Notes: generated by a model from the letters alone, not told the origin. Shown: positions 49,495-63,215, numbered from the stretch's first letter. The stretch: DNA of 64,000 nucleotides from Macrostomum lignano (GCA_002269645.1 NIVC01000524.1:62001-126000); one strand, 5' to 3'. A program made the numbers and translations.

Positions 49495-51567
49495 ATGCTA
49501 CCCGAGCAGCAGCCGGCCGACAGCGCCAGCAGACGGCGCCAGCGCCAAATGCTGCGGCGCCATCTAAGCGACAGAAGAGGCTACAAAGCCGGCTGCGGCG
49601 ACAGGTCGAGCCGTCTACAGGCCAACTTGTATAGGTTCCTGGGCGAGCGCCCATCGGCCGAGATGCAATCCTTGCGCACGGATGAGAGAGACGGTAAGAC
49701 CGACTGTTTCCCTCTAAATCCGGTAAAACTCTAGCCAGGATTTCCCAGGATTTTAAGCACAGGAGTTTCTGGATTAAGTATTGCACTTTAAACGACATTG
49801 TCACATAACCGGCGAGACGCCGTGAGAGGCATTACTGCCCGTTCCGCCAACTCCCCTGAGCAGGCACACACACACGCAGGAGTGTACAGCGGTCCAACTT
49901 TATTTATCGTTAGGCATATACACTTCACTGCGCCTTGGGATTGGGGGTTGTAGGGGGTTGCATGCATGGTCTTTCCTGCCTCATTGTTATTGGCTAGAGT
50001 TTATTCATAAAGTAGGCATGTACACTTTGGTAGTTCTCTCTCTCCCCCTAGTCCCCTATCAGAGCCCACGGCGCGCGTAAATTGTTCAAAATTTTCTTTC
50101 TCCAGTCACCCACCTCACGCCGCGCTGGGACACTCCTTTTTAATTACCGGTCAAACAGCGTTGTAATCTAGTGGTTAGAGCATCGGACTGAAGGTTTGGG
50201 GGGGGGGTCGATTCCCCGATCCCACAGCAAACAAATTTGTGTCCTTGAGCAAGACACTTAACTCTGCATTGCTTCAGTTCACCCAGCTGTAAAATGGGTG
50301 CCAGCATTAGCTGGGTTAATTGAGGGTGTGTGTGACGACCCTCCAGTCGTCGGCCTGAACAGCCGTACGCAGCCTTCAGATGCGCCGCGCAATAGCTGCG
50401 GCTGAGCTGTGGGTTGCACATCTGCCTATTAGCCAAACAGCTACTCCAGTTATTTTATCAAAACTAGGCAAAACTAACGTCAATAAGCCGGAGAGGCGCG
50501 ATGTCCTGCTAGGAGCAATAGAATCGCTTCAGCGCCTGTCCATGGAGCCCGCGAACACTACCCTGCTGTCTGGCAACATCGCCAATGGCTGCACGGAGCC
50601 ACACAAGCCATTACTGTCCGACAATGGCCATGAGCTGACGGAGCAAGCTCAACTACTGGGCGACAATCTGCGCTACCTGGCATTGGCCTGCAACCCGGCG
50701 GTCACGCGCGCCAGACCAGGCAGATCGAGCTGCGCTGGAGCCGAGATCACCCAGCGAATCACCGGCGCTCGACGCAAGATTGATAGGCTGCTGCGGCAGC
50801 TGAGCGGCCTCGAGTCCGGCTGCTGCACTGCCCGCGCTTCCGCACCTGTTGACGGCGCTCCCTGCCAGCAGGATCCATTGTTCTGGCGCTTCCCCGCCTG
50901 CGAGTCGGCTGGCGCGTCCGATAAGTCGCAATTGCGGCACCACGAGTGCAGCCAGAAACTGAGACTGAGACGCGGACGTCGACAGCAACGTCAGGACGAC
51001 CCGGTGGCTCAGCAGATGGCCCTGTCCAAGACTGCGCTAATCGGCGATCCGGTGTTTCAGGTCAACTGCTTCGGTCAGGAGCACAGGTGCGCGGATGCAT
51101 GGTTTTTAAAGCTTCTTAAAATAACAGGTGATTTATATAATAATTGGTCCGATAACTAATGTAATTACCGCCCAAAAGGTGGGGACGCATGACGCTGCCA
51201 ACAATTAGTGCCGGTCTCAACGCTGCAGACCGGCTGGGCCGCAAGAATTTGCACCGTCGCCGTTTGACTGAACACCGCGATGCAGTTCGCGCCGAAATTG
51301 TTGACTTTGCCAACAGGATGGAAGAAAAATGGGAAGCATTTGAAGACGATCGTATGGATAAGTCTATTGATGCTGCTTGTCGGAGGCTGCGCCGAGCGCT
51401 TCGTCTTGGTCCGAAACGGAAGTCAAAGAAGCAACGACGACCTGCGCTGCACACACAGCTGCCAACACCAACCCCGCAGTGCTCAGCCGAGTTTGTTTCG
51501 CAAACGAATGGGCTACCTTCTATGATGGATATTTCTGAAGGCGCTTCAAATAATGTTCTTCAATCAG
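49495..51567 (+). CDS. Uncharacterised spliced gene; exons 49495-49693, 50468-51086, 51179-51567 (both ends uncertain)
   Basis: Three GC-rich open segments joined by phase-consistent GT-AG introns (GACG|GTAAGA...CTAG|GC and CACAG|GTGCGC...AAAG|G). No domain recognised. Confidence 0.55.
50155..50430 (+). mobile_element. tRNA-derived SINE with a CORE-like central domain (intronic)
   Basis: A-box-like TAATCTAGTGG and degenerate B box GGTCGATTCC, then TGTGTCCTTGAGCAAGACACTTAACTCT...TTCAGTTCACCCAGCTGTAAAATGGG, which resembles the MIR CORE consensus from memory. Confidence 0.75.
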
Positions 51568-52808
51568 GTAACAGAAGTCTACGTCGCGTCAAAACCTACG
51601 TGTGTATAGTTTGGGGGAAGACCAAAATATGCTGTAATAAAACAGTAAAAATCTCTATCCTAAGAGTCATGATCACCACAATCCCCATTCCATCGGTTCG
51701 ATACGCCCAAAGTTTTATAGTGTCCGATGTGTTAAATAATAACAGTTTTCTTGAATCTTCAATGATGACATTTTCATGTCTTATACGTACAACTTTGGTG
51801 AATTACGAAGAAAGCATCCATTCGATCCTTGCTCAAAGTCAAATAAGAAAAAGGGAAGCGTATGACAAAGATCGTACCAAGGACCCCTGTATTACATTTA
51901 TAACAAACTAAACGTACAGTTTATACCTCTACAGTGGTCCTTGGATCGCTCAGCCAGGGATGATAAGCAGGGTCCATGAGAATTGCCAGCAGAATTGCCC
52001 GCATTGCCCGCCGAGCTTCCGACGCAGTGCATGCTTTTGCGACGCGTTTTGCCCCCAATGCTTACGCTAAGGAGAGATACAGGGGTAATAAAATTACAGG
52101 GGTATTATACAGAGATTTATAAGCAGTCTTAATAAAGAGATTTAGGAGATAATGCATATGCATGAATTATAACAGCTCACCGATGTAACCCCCTACATGC
52201 GTATAGAAAATGCACAAAATGGGGATGAAAATGTAGCAAAATGCGCTGTTGGAAAAAAAGCATTGTGGGGCAAACCTCGGCGGGAAAATCTGCAGGAAAT
52301 TCGTTCGCGGGTAGTTCACTCGCGGGCAAATTGCAGTGTGGGAAAATTTCGAAGAGCAGTTCTCGACGGTCGCTCGTCGGGCAATTTTCACTCACGGGCA
52401 AAATATACACGCACTGCATGCGGGCAAATCTCGACGGGAAAATCTCGGTGGGAAATTCATCTGTGAGCGATTCTCGTGCTCCCGATAACCAATATTTTAT
52501 TATGTTGTCCACATGAAGACATGCAGACATTTACGGAGTTCATTTATTCGAAAAAAACGCTTTGGCTATGCTAAAACAAATAATTCCAAGCAGCATATGT
52601 GATGCGGCAAGGAATTAGTGTATAATTAAATTTTATAATACTTTTTAAGGTTCTTAATTATTATTGGGTGTTAATAGATGCGTTAATTTTTTACTTACAG
52701 TGCTTTTAAATTTAGAATATTTCTTTGCAAAATCTTGTAAAGTTTGTTTGCTTAAGAAGTCCCTTCCCTCGTAAACTTGAGACTGCAGATGGAGAGCCAT
52801 CTTATGGA

Positions 52809-52968
52809 CAGTAGCGCAACCAGAAATTTTTCAAGGGGGGGGCGGATTCTGAGGGTTGGCTCTGTTTTTGGCGAAAATTCGCTTGGTCCCCCCTTTGATT
52901 TTTTTTCGGTCCCCCGCCTAAGGGGGGGGGGGGGCGACCGCCCCCCCGCCCCCCTGGTTGCGCCACTG
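52809..52968 (+). mobile_element. hAT-type MITE (160 bp), intact
   Basis: TIRs CAGTAGCGCAACCAG / CTGGTTGCGCCACTG and a perfect 8-bp TSD CTTATGGA. Confidence 0.95.
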
Positions 52969-54069
52969 CTTATGGAGGAGATGGAGAGCCATCTTATGGA
53001 GAGCCAGATGGACATCTTAGTAGGCTAAATATAACATAAGAATAAGATTACTCCGTTTGTTAGTAACACTGTAGGGCCTAGTAATTTTACAAAAATTTTA
53101 AGAACTCAAGTAAAGACGTAAAGTTGTATTTTTAGTTTCTGAAAATTTTCAGACATGCTTTCTTTAAAAGGTGTTAATCTGATGCAATGCCAAAGTTATT
53201 TTGGTCGATCCATTTTTACCGATCTGTTGATCTAGACCGTGTGATATCTATGAGTATGTTAAAACTTAAAAGCTAGGATATTGAACATGTACGGTGTGTA
53301 CCATGTATCATTTTGATATTTTCAATAATTTTTTATAATCATTAACTTTACACTTTCACTTTCAGATAACTGCAGCTTCAAATGGGAAGTTTAACAGCTT
53401 TGCAGTAGAGGATGGGTCTAAATTTTCTTATTTCTATTATTAAAACTGATGGTGATGCTTCCAGTTTCTAAAAATGACATGACAATGCCAATGGCATAAA
53501 ATGTCTTGAATGACTTTTATCAGAACTATCCTATAACAATCAATGTTTTCAACCATTATAAACTTGATGTGAAAATATAAGAATGCAGCATAAAAACTAT
53601 TTTCTTTAACTAAAATATGAAAAAGAAAATTTTTTGAAAATACCATTTTACCAAGACATTTGACTTTGTGATTTATTCATAACTTGAACTTTTTCATGTT
53701 CAAAGGATTTAAAATTTTATAAAACTTGCTTTAGGCCTATATATTATTAAATTAGATCATTTTTTGTCATTTTGTAGCCCCCCTATAGGCCTAGTAGGGA
53801 GGCCTAGGTATTTATTTGAATTAGGCCCAGTATGTTTAGGCCTATTATTTCTCATTTCTAGTTTATTAATCTGCTACCAATTTGTTAATTAAATAGACAA
53901 AAAGCCTTTTCTTAGTAAGCCTATTGTAGGCCTAATATTTTCACAAATTCATTTTTGAGGGCTTTTTTATTTTGAAGACATCAGGCTATATATATTTTTA
54001 TTAATTTCTAAACTGGTAATAAAAATGTTTTTACTAGGGCCTACCTAATGGCAATTTAGGCTACTTTGT

Positions 54070-55370
54070 TAAAATGCCACAATTAGAGACATGGCAACTG
54101 TGTCTATAATGCAGAAACTTATAGACTTAGTGGCCGTGTCAATGAAACTTGCATGGCAGCCATGTTGTTAATATTGAATGGGTTCACACTTAGAGACATG
54201 GTGGGTGGCCATGTCATTAATATTGAATGGGTTCACACTTAGAGACATGGTAGGTGGCCCTGTCTCTAATATTGGAGCTTATAGGCATGGCTACCATCGC
54301 CATGTATACCAGTGTATGGATCATGTACCCGTGTATGCCAGAAAAAATTCAGGTGTCAAGGACTTTGTATGCCAGTGTACACCAAAAACAAAAAAGTTGC
54401 ACTAAAATGTACACCAAAAATTCTTAAAAAGGGCATTCAGTTTTCACAAGTAGAGTTTTCTAAGAAAGGCTTTCGTATGAAAAGTGTTTTTAAGATATTA
54501 TGAATATTTTCAATTTAAACAAACTTAAATTAGGCCTATACCTACAAAAAAAATGATGCAAAATTAATACTCTTAGCAAAAATTTACACTAATTTTATTT
54601 ATTATTAATTTAAAAAAAGCAAAAAGTTTATCACTGACAATATAAATTTTCCTTTACTTTACATAAAAACATTAATTTACATTACAATTTTCATGCACGG
54701 CATGAATTTATTCACCAAAATTTATACGCCAAAAAAGTATGCATGGCTGTGTTACTTGTGTATACCAATAGTGTACGCCAACAAAGTGCACCAAGGGTTG
54801 TGTACATCAATTGTGTACGCCAAGGACTTAGGGTGGCCGTTTTGTATGCCAGAAAAGTTCTGGCATACATGCATACCATCTGCAACCTGGCATGTATATA
54901 ATCATCAATCAGATGAAAAGATTGATTGATTGAAAAGTCTGAGTTTTTTTATTTTAGTTTTTTTAAAAATTAAATTAAATTAATTCTTAAGAGTGCCGCC
55001 ACAATTATATATGTAGCTACTGGAAAGAAAAAATTTTTCGATACATATTTGTCGCACTTTAAGATTTAGTGTTACTCTTATTAATAAAATTAATTTAATT
55101 TATTTTAATTTATTTTTTTAAACTTAAAAAGTTCAAGATAGAAAATTTTCTGTTTGCTAAAAAAATTCAAATTAAAAAAAACTTCAACCACTTGGGATTC
55201 AAACCTAGCTACTTGCAATCACAAGGCAATCAACATACTCACTAAGCCACCACTTGCTTATAAAAGGGCCCTACAGAACATGCATTTTATATTAATGATT
55301 ATAGCCATGCCTATAAGCTCAAATATTATAGACACAGCCACTGTGTCTATAAGTAGGCCTACTCTGTTGT
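54070..55370. mobile_element. Decayed DNA-element relic with inverted and internal repeats
   Basis: 54261-54293 matches the reverse complement of 55302-55334 at 31 of 33 nt. AGAGACATGG and TGTAYRCCA motifs recur. A decayed tRNA-like head lies at 55186-55255 on the minus strand. Confidence 0.55.
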
Positions 55371-56537
55371 TAAAATCATATTTTTTCTAGTTTTTTAAAA
55401 TTTATTTTCTATTTTGCAATTATATTATTTTCAAAAGCCAATTTAAAAAAAGAAAAATGGCAGAAGAGATATGAAAATTTTTTTTAATCATATTACAAAT
55501 AAAATATACATTATTGCATTTAATTTGCATGATTGTATATTTTAGTCAATAAGAATGTCACAAATTTTTTCAAATCACTTGACTAATGCAAGCACATATA
55601 GTGTATAATATAAGCTATCTCTAGGCTTTGCCATCATTTTAGATATGATACAATTGCCAAGCCTACTTTCCCTATCTCCTTTCTACCTATTTGTTACTTT
55701 AACTTTGTTATTTTTTATACCTTTTTTGAATTTTCCAAAACATTATAATGCTTTGCAGAAAATAAAACTTTTGTGATTTACTAAAACATTACTTTGCTAA
55801 AATATCCTATAGCCAATAAGATAAAAGCTAAGGGCCTACCAATTATTATCTGTCTATAAACTATAGTAGGAATAAATATAACTAAAGTTTAAATTTAAGA
55901 GAATAGAAATGAAAAGAATGTCTAAATATTATTTTTATATTGTTTTTCTTTTAGATTATAGAGAACAAGGCTTCTTTTGACTAGACTTGCTTATGCTATA
56001 ATTGAAATAAGGTAAAAAGGATAATTACTGGGTTCCTTAGCTTTATATCAGTTTATCAATAGAGAAACTTTTTTAGAAAATTTTTGTCTATCTAGCAGAT
56101 ATTAGGGATTATAAATGTTTATAGGTAATGCCAATACTATTATATCTATTATATTAAAAGCTTTAAAAATAAATAGAAATACTAATTTATAGTTATTAGC
56201 TATGAAATAAAGAACCCTGTTTAAATGTGATTATTACAGATAATATCTAGCATAGTTAAAGGGAGTTTGTAAAGTATATTATACTGCTAGCCTACTTTTA
56301 AACCAAACTCAAAGCCAAGTATTACTTAAAACTGACATAGGCATAGAATAGCATATATTATTATAGTTGCTACTGCAATGCTAATGGCTATACCAAGTCA
56401 AGGGTGAACAAATTATTGCACTAATAAAAATGGTATAGCCATAAGTGTGGCAATAATAAACATAAATTAAAATAACTCATGGATCACAGCAATCTGCAAT
56501 TCGCCATTGGCTAGCAGACTAATTGGAATCCAATGCA

Positions 56538-59500
56538 ATGAGTTTTAGCAGTGATGAAGTCAACTTTCTCGTGTTTAGATATCTTCAGGAGTCAGGTAGG
56601 CATTTCATGCAACTTGTTACATAATACATATTACCAAGAAGTCTTCATTAATTATCAAACGAAACGTTTTCTTGAAATTCTGTTACAATTTCTATCAAAC
56701 TCGTGCACTGCAGGCTACCTGCACTCTGCCTACCTATTCGGTGTCGAGAGCCACATCTCCAGCACGAACATCAATGGCTCCATGGTGCCGCCGGCCGCTC
56801 TGTTGCAGATCATCCAGAAGGGCCTGCAGTACACCGAGGCCGAAATCAGCATAGGCGATGGCGGCTCAGAGAGAGTGGTGGAGTCCCTGTCTCTAATAGA
56901 CTCGGTGATGCCAGAGGTTGTTGACATGCGCAAAAAGCAGGTCGCCGAAGCTGAACGAAATCGACGAGGCGGAGGCGGCGGCGGAGGCCGAATGAAACCT
57001 GAGGCGCATAACGGCGGCGAAGATGACCATAGCAACCATCACCAGGCCGTTGCTATGGACGCGGAGAGCAGCGGAGTCGGCGGTGGTGGAGGCTACTTCC
57101 CAGCCAACAGGGTGACGGTGCTGCGCGGCCACGAGTCGGAGGTGTTCATCTGCGCTTGGAATCCCAAGACCGACTTGCTGGCCTCGGGATCCGGGGATTC
57201 AACGGCCCGAATCTGGGACGCCACGGACCCGGCCTCGGCCGGCGAGGCCAAGAAGCAGCTGGTGCTGAAGCATTGCATTAGTAAAGGCGGCCTCGATGTG
57301 CCTAGCAACAAGGATGTCACTTCTCTGGATTGGAATGTGAGTCGTTTGCCTATATTCACGCCTTTGTCTATCCTTAATCCCCTAGAGCGAGCAGGACCCA
57401 CTCACCCACATTGTGAATCGCCCTCACCCACACTGAGAATCGCCCTCCCTCTCACCCATATTGAGAATCGCCCTCCCTCTCACCCTCATTGAGAATCGCC
57501 CTTTCACCCACACTGAGAATCGCCCTCCCTCTCACCCATATTGAGAATCGTCCTCCCTCTCACCCATATTGAGAATCACCCTCCCTCTCACCCATATTGA
57601 GAATCACCCTCCCTCTCACCCATATTGAGAATCGCCCGCCCTCTCACCCACATTGAGAATCGCCCTCCCTCTCACCCTCATTGAGAATCGCCCTCCCTCT
57701 CACCCATATTGAGAATCACCCTCCCTCTCACCCATATTGAGAATCGCCCTCCCTCTCACCCATATTGAGAATCACCCTCCCTCTCACCCATATTGAGAAT
57801 CGCCCTCTCACCGACACTGAGAATCGCTCTCTGATCGCGTGATAATGAACCGGCATTTCAGTGCGATGGAAACCGCCTAGCCACGGGATCTTACGACGGC
57901 TTCGCTCGACTCTGGTCCACTGATGGTGAGACATGGATTTTTTAGTCTTTCAAGCGTTGGTCTAAAAAAGTACATCGTGTCACCCTCGTTTCTCCGGCCA
58001 TATTTTCAGGCAACCTGCTGTGCACCCTGGGCCAGCACAAGGGGCCGATCTTTGCGCTGAAGTGGAACAAAGCGGGCACCTGTGTATTGAGCGCCGGTGT
58101 GGACAAGGTGCGTTGACATTTCTGGATTAATTTACTATACTTGAGCGGCACATGTGTTCTCGATTCTCACAGGTTTATGTTCACATATTTTACTCGGGCA
58201 TCCGTTCACATTCAATTAGGCATCCGTTTAGATATTCACTGGGCATCAGTTCACATATTCACTGGTGCATCTATTCACATATTCACTGGGGCATCAGTTC
58301 ACATATTCACTGGGGCATGTATTCACATATTCACTGGGGCATCTATTCGCATATTCACTGGGGCATCAGTTCACATATTCACTGGGGCATGTATTCACAT
58401 ATTCACTGGGGCATCAGTTCACATATTCACTGGGGCATCTATTCACATATTCACTGGGGCATCTATTCACATATTCACTGGGGCATCTATTCACATATTC
58501 ACTGGGGCATCTATTCACATATTCACTGGGGCATCAGTTCACATATTCACTGGGGCATCTATTCACATATTCATTGGGGCATCAGTTCACATATTCACTG
58601 GGGCATCAGTTCACATATTCACTGGGGCATCTATTCACATATTCACTGGGGCATCAGTTCACATATTCACTGGGGCATCAGTTCACATATTCACTGGGGC
58701 ATCTATTCACATATTCACTGGGGCATCAGTTTACATATTCACTCGGGCATCAGTTCACATATTCACTGGGGCATCAGTTCACGGATTCTAACAAACCAGG
58801 CAGATTGATGTTCACTTATCCGGCTTACCCGTCCGCAGACCACCATTATCTGGGACGCGATCTCTGGCCAAGCGCAGCAGCAGTTCGGCTTTCACACTGG
58901 TGAGCTCGGCAGATTAACCAATCTAAAGTTTTTAAGATTATCAGAAAGTAGCCAAAGCCGTATTCTAAGCTGCTGCCACCGCAAACCCCGAGCCCAGCTC
59001 CCGCACTGGATGTCGACTGGAAAGACGACGAGACCTTTGCCAGCTGCTCCACCGATCAGAGCATCCAAGTGTGCCGCCTCGGCTCCGACTGTCCAATCAA
59101 AACGTTTCGCGGCCACTCCAACGAAGTCAACGCTATCAAGTGGGATCCCCGCGGCCAGCTGCTGGCCTCCTGCTCTGACGACATGACGTTGAAACTCTGG
59201 TCGGTCGACCGCGGCTCCCTTGTGCACGACTTCAAGGCCCACCAGAAGGAGATCTATACTATTAAGTGGAGTCCCACCGGATACAATACGAGGAATCCCA
59301 ATGCCAACCTCTATCTGGCCAGGTATGTCCGCAATGCTGGGTCTCGTTTGATGCTGTAAATCCTCAGTTGCTGGGCTACCGTCAACATCCCAGATCCTCA
59401 GGCTGAGCAGCCAGCCTCCCAGACCCTCAGACTGAGCAGCCAGCCTCCCAGATACTCAGGCTGAGCAGCCAGCCTCCCAGATACTCAGGCTGAGCAGCCA

Positions 59501-60924
59501 GCCTCCCAGATCCTCAGGCTGAGCAGCCAGCCTCCCAGATACTCAGGCTGAGCAGCCAGCCTCCCAGATACTCAGGCTGAGCAGCCAGCCTCCCAGATCC
59601 TCAGGCTGAGCAGCCAGCCTCCCAGATCCTCAGGCTGAGCAGCCAGCCTCCTGTCCCAGATCCTCAGGCTGAACAGCCAGCCTCCCAGATCCTCAGGCTG
59701 AGCAGCCAGCCTCCCAGACCCTCAGACTGAGCAGCCAGCCTCCCAGATACTCAGGCTGAGCAGCCAGCCTCCCAGATACTCAGGCTGAGCAGCCAGCCTC
59801 CCAGATCCTCAGGCTGAGCAGCCAGCCTCCCAGATCCTCAGGCTGAGCAGCCAGCCTCCCAGATCCTCAGGTTTGTCTCAAGCATCCCGCCAACTACTCG
59901 CTAATCCATCCCGTAATCCCATGCCCGAACCAGCGCCAGCTTTGATGCAACAGTGCGTCTATGGGACGTGGAGGCCGGTGCCTGCGCTCAAGTGTTCTGC
60001 AACCATCGCGAGCCAGTCTACAGCGTCGCATTTTCGCCCTGCGGTCGCTACTTGGCCTCCGGCAGCTTCGATAAGTGCGTCCACATCTGGAGCATCGAGG
60101 TGAGCCTTCTGGGATCTACTTGTTGAATGTTTGGTGCTCAGTGCTCAATCTCATATAAAATAAATTGCAGAGCGGCACTCTGGTGCACAAATACCAAGGA
60201 ACCGGCGGCATATTCGAGGTCTGCTGGAACAGCACAGGCGACCGGGTGGGGGCCAGCGCTGCCGATGGCACGGTAAGACTTGCCGGCGCAACCCCCGCAG
60301 TTTGCTTTCTTTACTCTGCTTAAAAGTGCATGTGTACTAATGCACGTGGGTTAAAAGTACATGTGTAAATTCCACCTGGGTTAAAAGTTCATGTGTACTA
60401 ATGCGCCTGAGTAAAAAGTACGTGGTGCTAATTCACCTGGGTTAAAAGTACATGTGTACTAATGTGCCTGGGTTAAAAGTACGTGGTGCTAATTCACCTG
60501 GGTTAAAAGTACATGTGTACTAATGAACCTTGGTTAAAAGTACGTGTGTGCTAATGCACCTGGGTTAAAAGTACGTGTTTACCAAAGACCCTAGGTTAAA
60601 AGTACATGTGTACTAATGCACCTGGGTTAAAAGTACTAATGTACTAATACATGTGTACTAATATTTCTACGTACATGTGTACTATTACTACTAGGATAAA
60701 AGTACTTGTATATCAATGCTTTATGTTAAATGTGTTTTTGTGTACAAACAGTTGTCCGTTAAAAGTGCTTGTAATGTACTAATATACCCGTAGATTAAAA
60801 TTATCTCAATACTAGTCGCCAGTTAAAGCATAAAAATGCTTCTGTACCAATACGTGTAGGTTTAAAGAACTTTTCTATTGCCGCTATGTTTCAGGTGGTG
60901 ATACTCGACCTGCGCATGATGTGA
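56538..60924 (+). CDS. TBL1XR1: TBL1X/TBL1XR1 (ebi) LisH-WD40 corepressor subunit, 508 aa; exons 56538-56595, 56714-57336, 57862-57925, 58010-58107, 58839-58899, 58998-59322, 59934-60099, 60171-60272, 60895-60924
   Basis: [156 protein letters not shown]. All 8 introns are GT-AG and the exons total 1527 nt in frame. Confidence 0.97.
57395..57825. repeat. 28-bp intronic minisatellite (TBL1 intron 2)
   Basis: GAGAATCGCCCTCCCTCTCACCCATATT units. Confidence 0.95.
58175..58785. repeat. 24-bp intronic minisatellite (TBL1 intron 4)
   Basis: TATTCACTGGGGCATCWRTTCACA units. Confidence 0.96.
59385..59872. repeat. 29-bp intronic minisatellite (TBL1 intron 6)
   Basis: AGCAGCCAGCCTCCCAGATMCTCAGGCTG units. 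Confidence 0.96.
60315..60700. repeat. Degenerate ~31-bp intronic repeat (TBL1 intron 8)
   Basis: GGGTTAAAAGTACATGTGTACTAATGCACCT-type units. Confidence 0.85.
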
Positions 60925-61509
60925 GGGGAGCCACAGCTGACTGACATCGTATTTAAGTTTTAATTCGAAGTAAAATTTTTGGTGCTGTTACTGAACTTTA
61001 AAATTATTGATTGTTAATAAGGCTAATTATGCATTCTCTATATGGATTAATTGTTATTATAATACTGTATTTTATCAATAGGTTTGAGTGGAAGGCATTA
61101 ACAGAAGACCAAAGTTTAGTTGGCTTTTGTCTATTTTAATTTTATTGAATTTGCTGTGTGTTCTATTTGAGTCAAATATGCCTTGAGTTTTTTTATGTTC
61201 TTTACTGCTTAGTCTCTACTTTAAGTAAAATACTAATAATTTTATGCAATTAGCGTGTGAAAATAGATACACTTTTTTATTAGTTTCCATCTGAACAAAA
61301 TTAGTGCCGTTTGACTCAAATATGTATGTAAAATTCTGCTCTGTCGTTTTGTTTGTTTGTTTGTATTGTTAAATTAACTATAGTAACTTACAAGTATTTA
61401 ACTAGTCATTGTTTACTCACTGTGCACTTTATAGCACTGGTGCGTATTTTATTGCTTAATTACTTTTAATTGTCTGCCTCTGTTGTGCTTCTGTTCATAA
61501 CTCTGTATC

Positions 61510-61920
61510 TCTGTCTGCATCTCACCTGCCATCTGTCTGCATCTCACCTGCCATCTGTCTGCATCTCACCTGCCATCTCACCTGCCATCTGTCTGCATCT
61601 CACCTGCCATCTGTCTGCATCTCACCTGCCATCTGTCTGCATCTCACCTGCCATCTGTCTGCATCTCACCTGCCATCTGTCTGCATCTCACCTGCCATCT
61701 GTCTGCATCTCACCTGCCATCTGTCTGCATCTCTGTCTGCATCTCACCTGCCATCTGTCTGCATCTCACCTGCCATCTGTCTGCATCTCACCTGCCATCT
61801 CACCTGCCATCTGTCTGCATCTCACCTGCCATCTGTCTGCATATCACCTGCCATCTGTCTGCATCTCACCTGCCATCTGTCTGCATCTCACCTGCCATCT
61901 GTCTGCATCTCACCTGCCTC
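61510..61920. repeat. 22-bp minisatellite (ATCTGTCTGCATCTCACCTGCC)
   Basis: Tandem units. Confidence 0.95.
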
Positions 61921-62574
61921 CAAATCTGTCTCCAAACCTGTTTTGCACAAAATTGCTGACCTGACTACCCTGTGGTTTTTATCTTCTTAGTTTTTGACTC
62001 ACTTTTTATTACTGCTTCATCGATCATATTAGTAGTATGCATAGATTATTATACATCTCATGAGCATATTGTTTTGTGAAATTAATCTATTCTTTTAAAA
62101 GTTTCACTAATAACTTTGACATTTTCGAGTCTGCTTTTATTGTCGCTGAGCTCGCTGCTTCGAATTTTGCTCTCAGTTTTATTTAACTAAACTTTTATAG
62201 ATGAGTAAAATTGTAAATAAAATAGTATTTGGATCGGATTTTCTATGTTGATAGAAGGGCACTTCTAAACTGAATTAGTCTGAGCTAAATGTGCAAACTG
62301 CAGCTAGCGCTACTCATATCAGTAGCGACGCCACAATTTAACATAAATAATTATTGGACTGTATTTAAACTGTGCTTGAGATTGTAATAATTTGTTTGTG
62401 ACCGTTGCTGCACTATAAATATACGTAGTTTGTAATAAGATGCGTTTTTATTAAATCTGCATTACTGCGTCCCGCCGCCCAATCACTGGGGAGGAAATCG
62501 CGTCAGTACCCCACCCAATGCGCCCGTGCCCTGCTTTGCTGCTGTCAATCTGACCTCCTTTGTAGAGAGATCTA

Positions 62575-63215
62575 TCTGACAGAGGGGAAGGCTGGAGATT
62601 AGATCAGGGAGGAGAGAGATGAACGGGACCGGAAGGCTGGAGATTAGATCAGGGAGGAGAGAGATCTACGGGAGAGGGGGGAAGGCTGGAGATTAGATCA
62701 GGGAGGAGAGAGATCTACGGGAGAGGGGGAAGGCTGGAGATTAGATCAGGGAGGAGAGAGATCTACGGGAGAGAGGGGAAGGCTGAAGATTAGATCAGAG
62801 TGGAGAGAGATCTACGGGAGAGAGGGGAAGGCTGGAGATTAGATCAGAGAGGAGAGAGATCTACGGGAGAGAGGGGAAGGCTGGAGATTAGATCAGAGAG
62901 GAAAGATGGAAAGGCTAGTGATTAGATCAGAGAGGAGCGAGATCTATGGGACCGGAAAGCTGAAGATTAGATCACGGAGGAGAGAGATCTATGGGAGAGC
63001 GGGGAAGGCTGGAGATTAGATCAGGGAGGAGAGAGATCTATGGGAGAGAGGGGAAGGCTGGAGATTAGATCAGGGAGGAGAGAGATCTACGGGAGAGGGG
63101 GGAAGGCTGGAGATTAGATCAGGGAGGAGAGAGATCTACGGGAGAGAGGGGAAGGCTGGAGATTAGATCAGAGAGGAGAGATGTACAGCAAAAGGGGAAA
63201 GGCTAGAGATTAGAT
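62575..63215. repeat. ~49-bp purine-rich minisatellite
   Basis: GGAAGGCTGGAGATTAGATCAGGGAGGAGAGAGATCTACGGGAGAGGGG units. Confidence 0.95.

Noticed and set aside
49600-49660. SRLQANLYRFLGERP resembling the KCNQ channel N-terminal LQNFLYNVLERP motif
   Set aside because: No transmembrane or pore segments follow in any downstream exon; probably coincidental.
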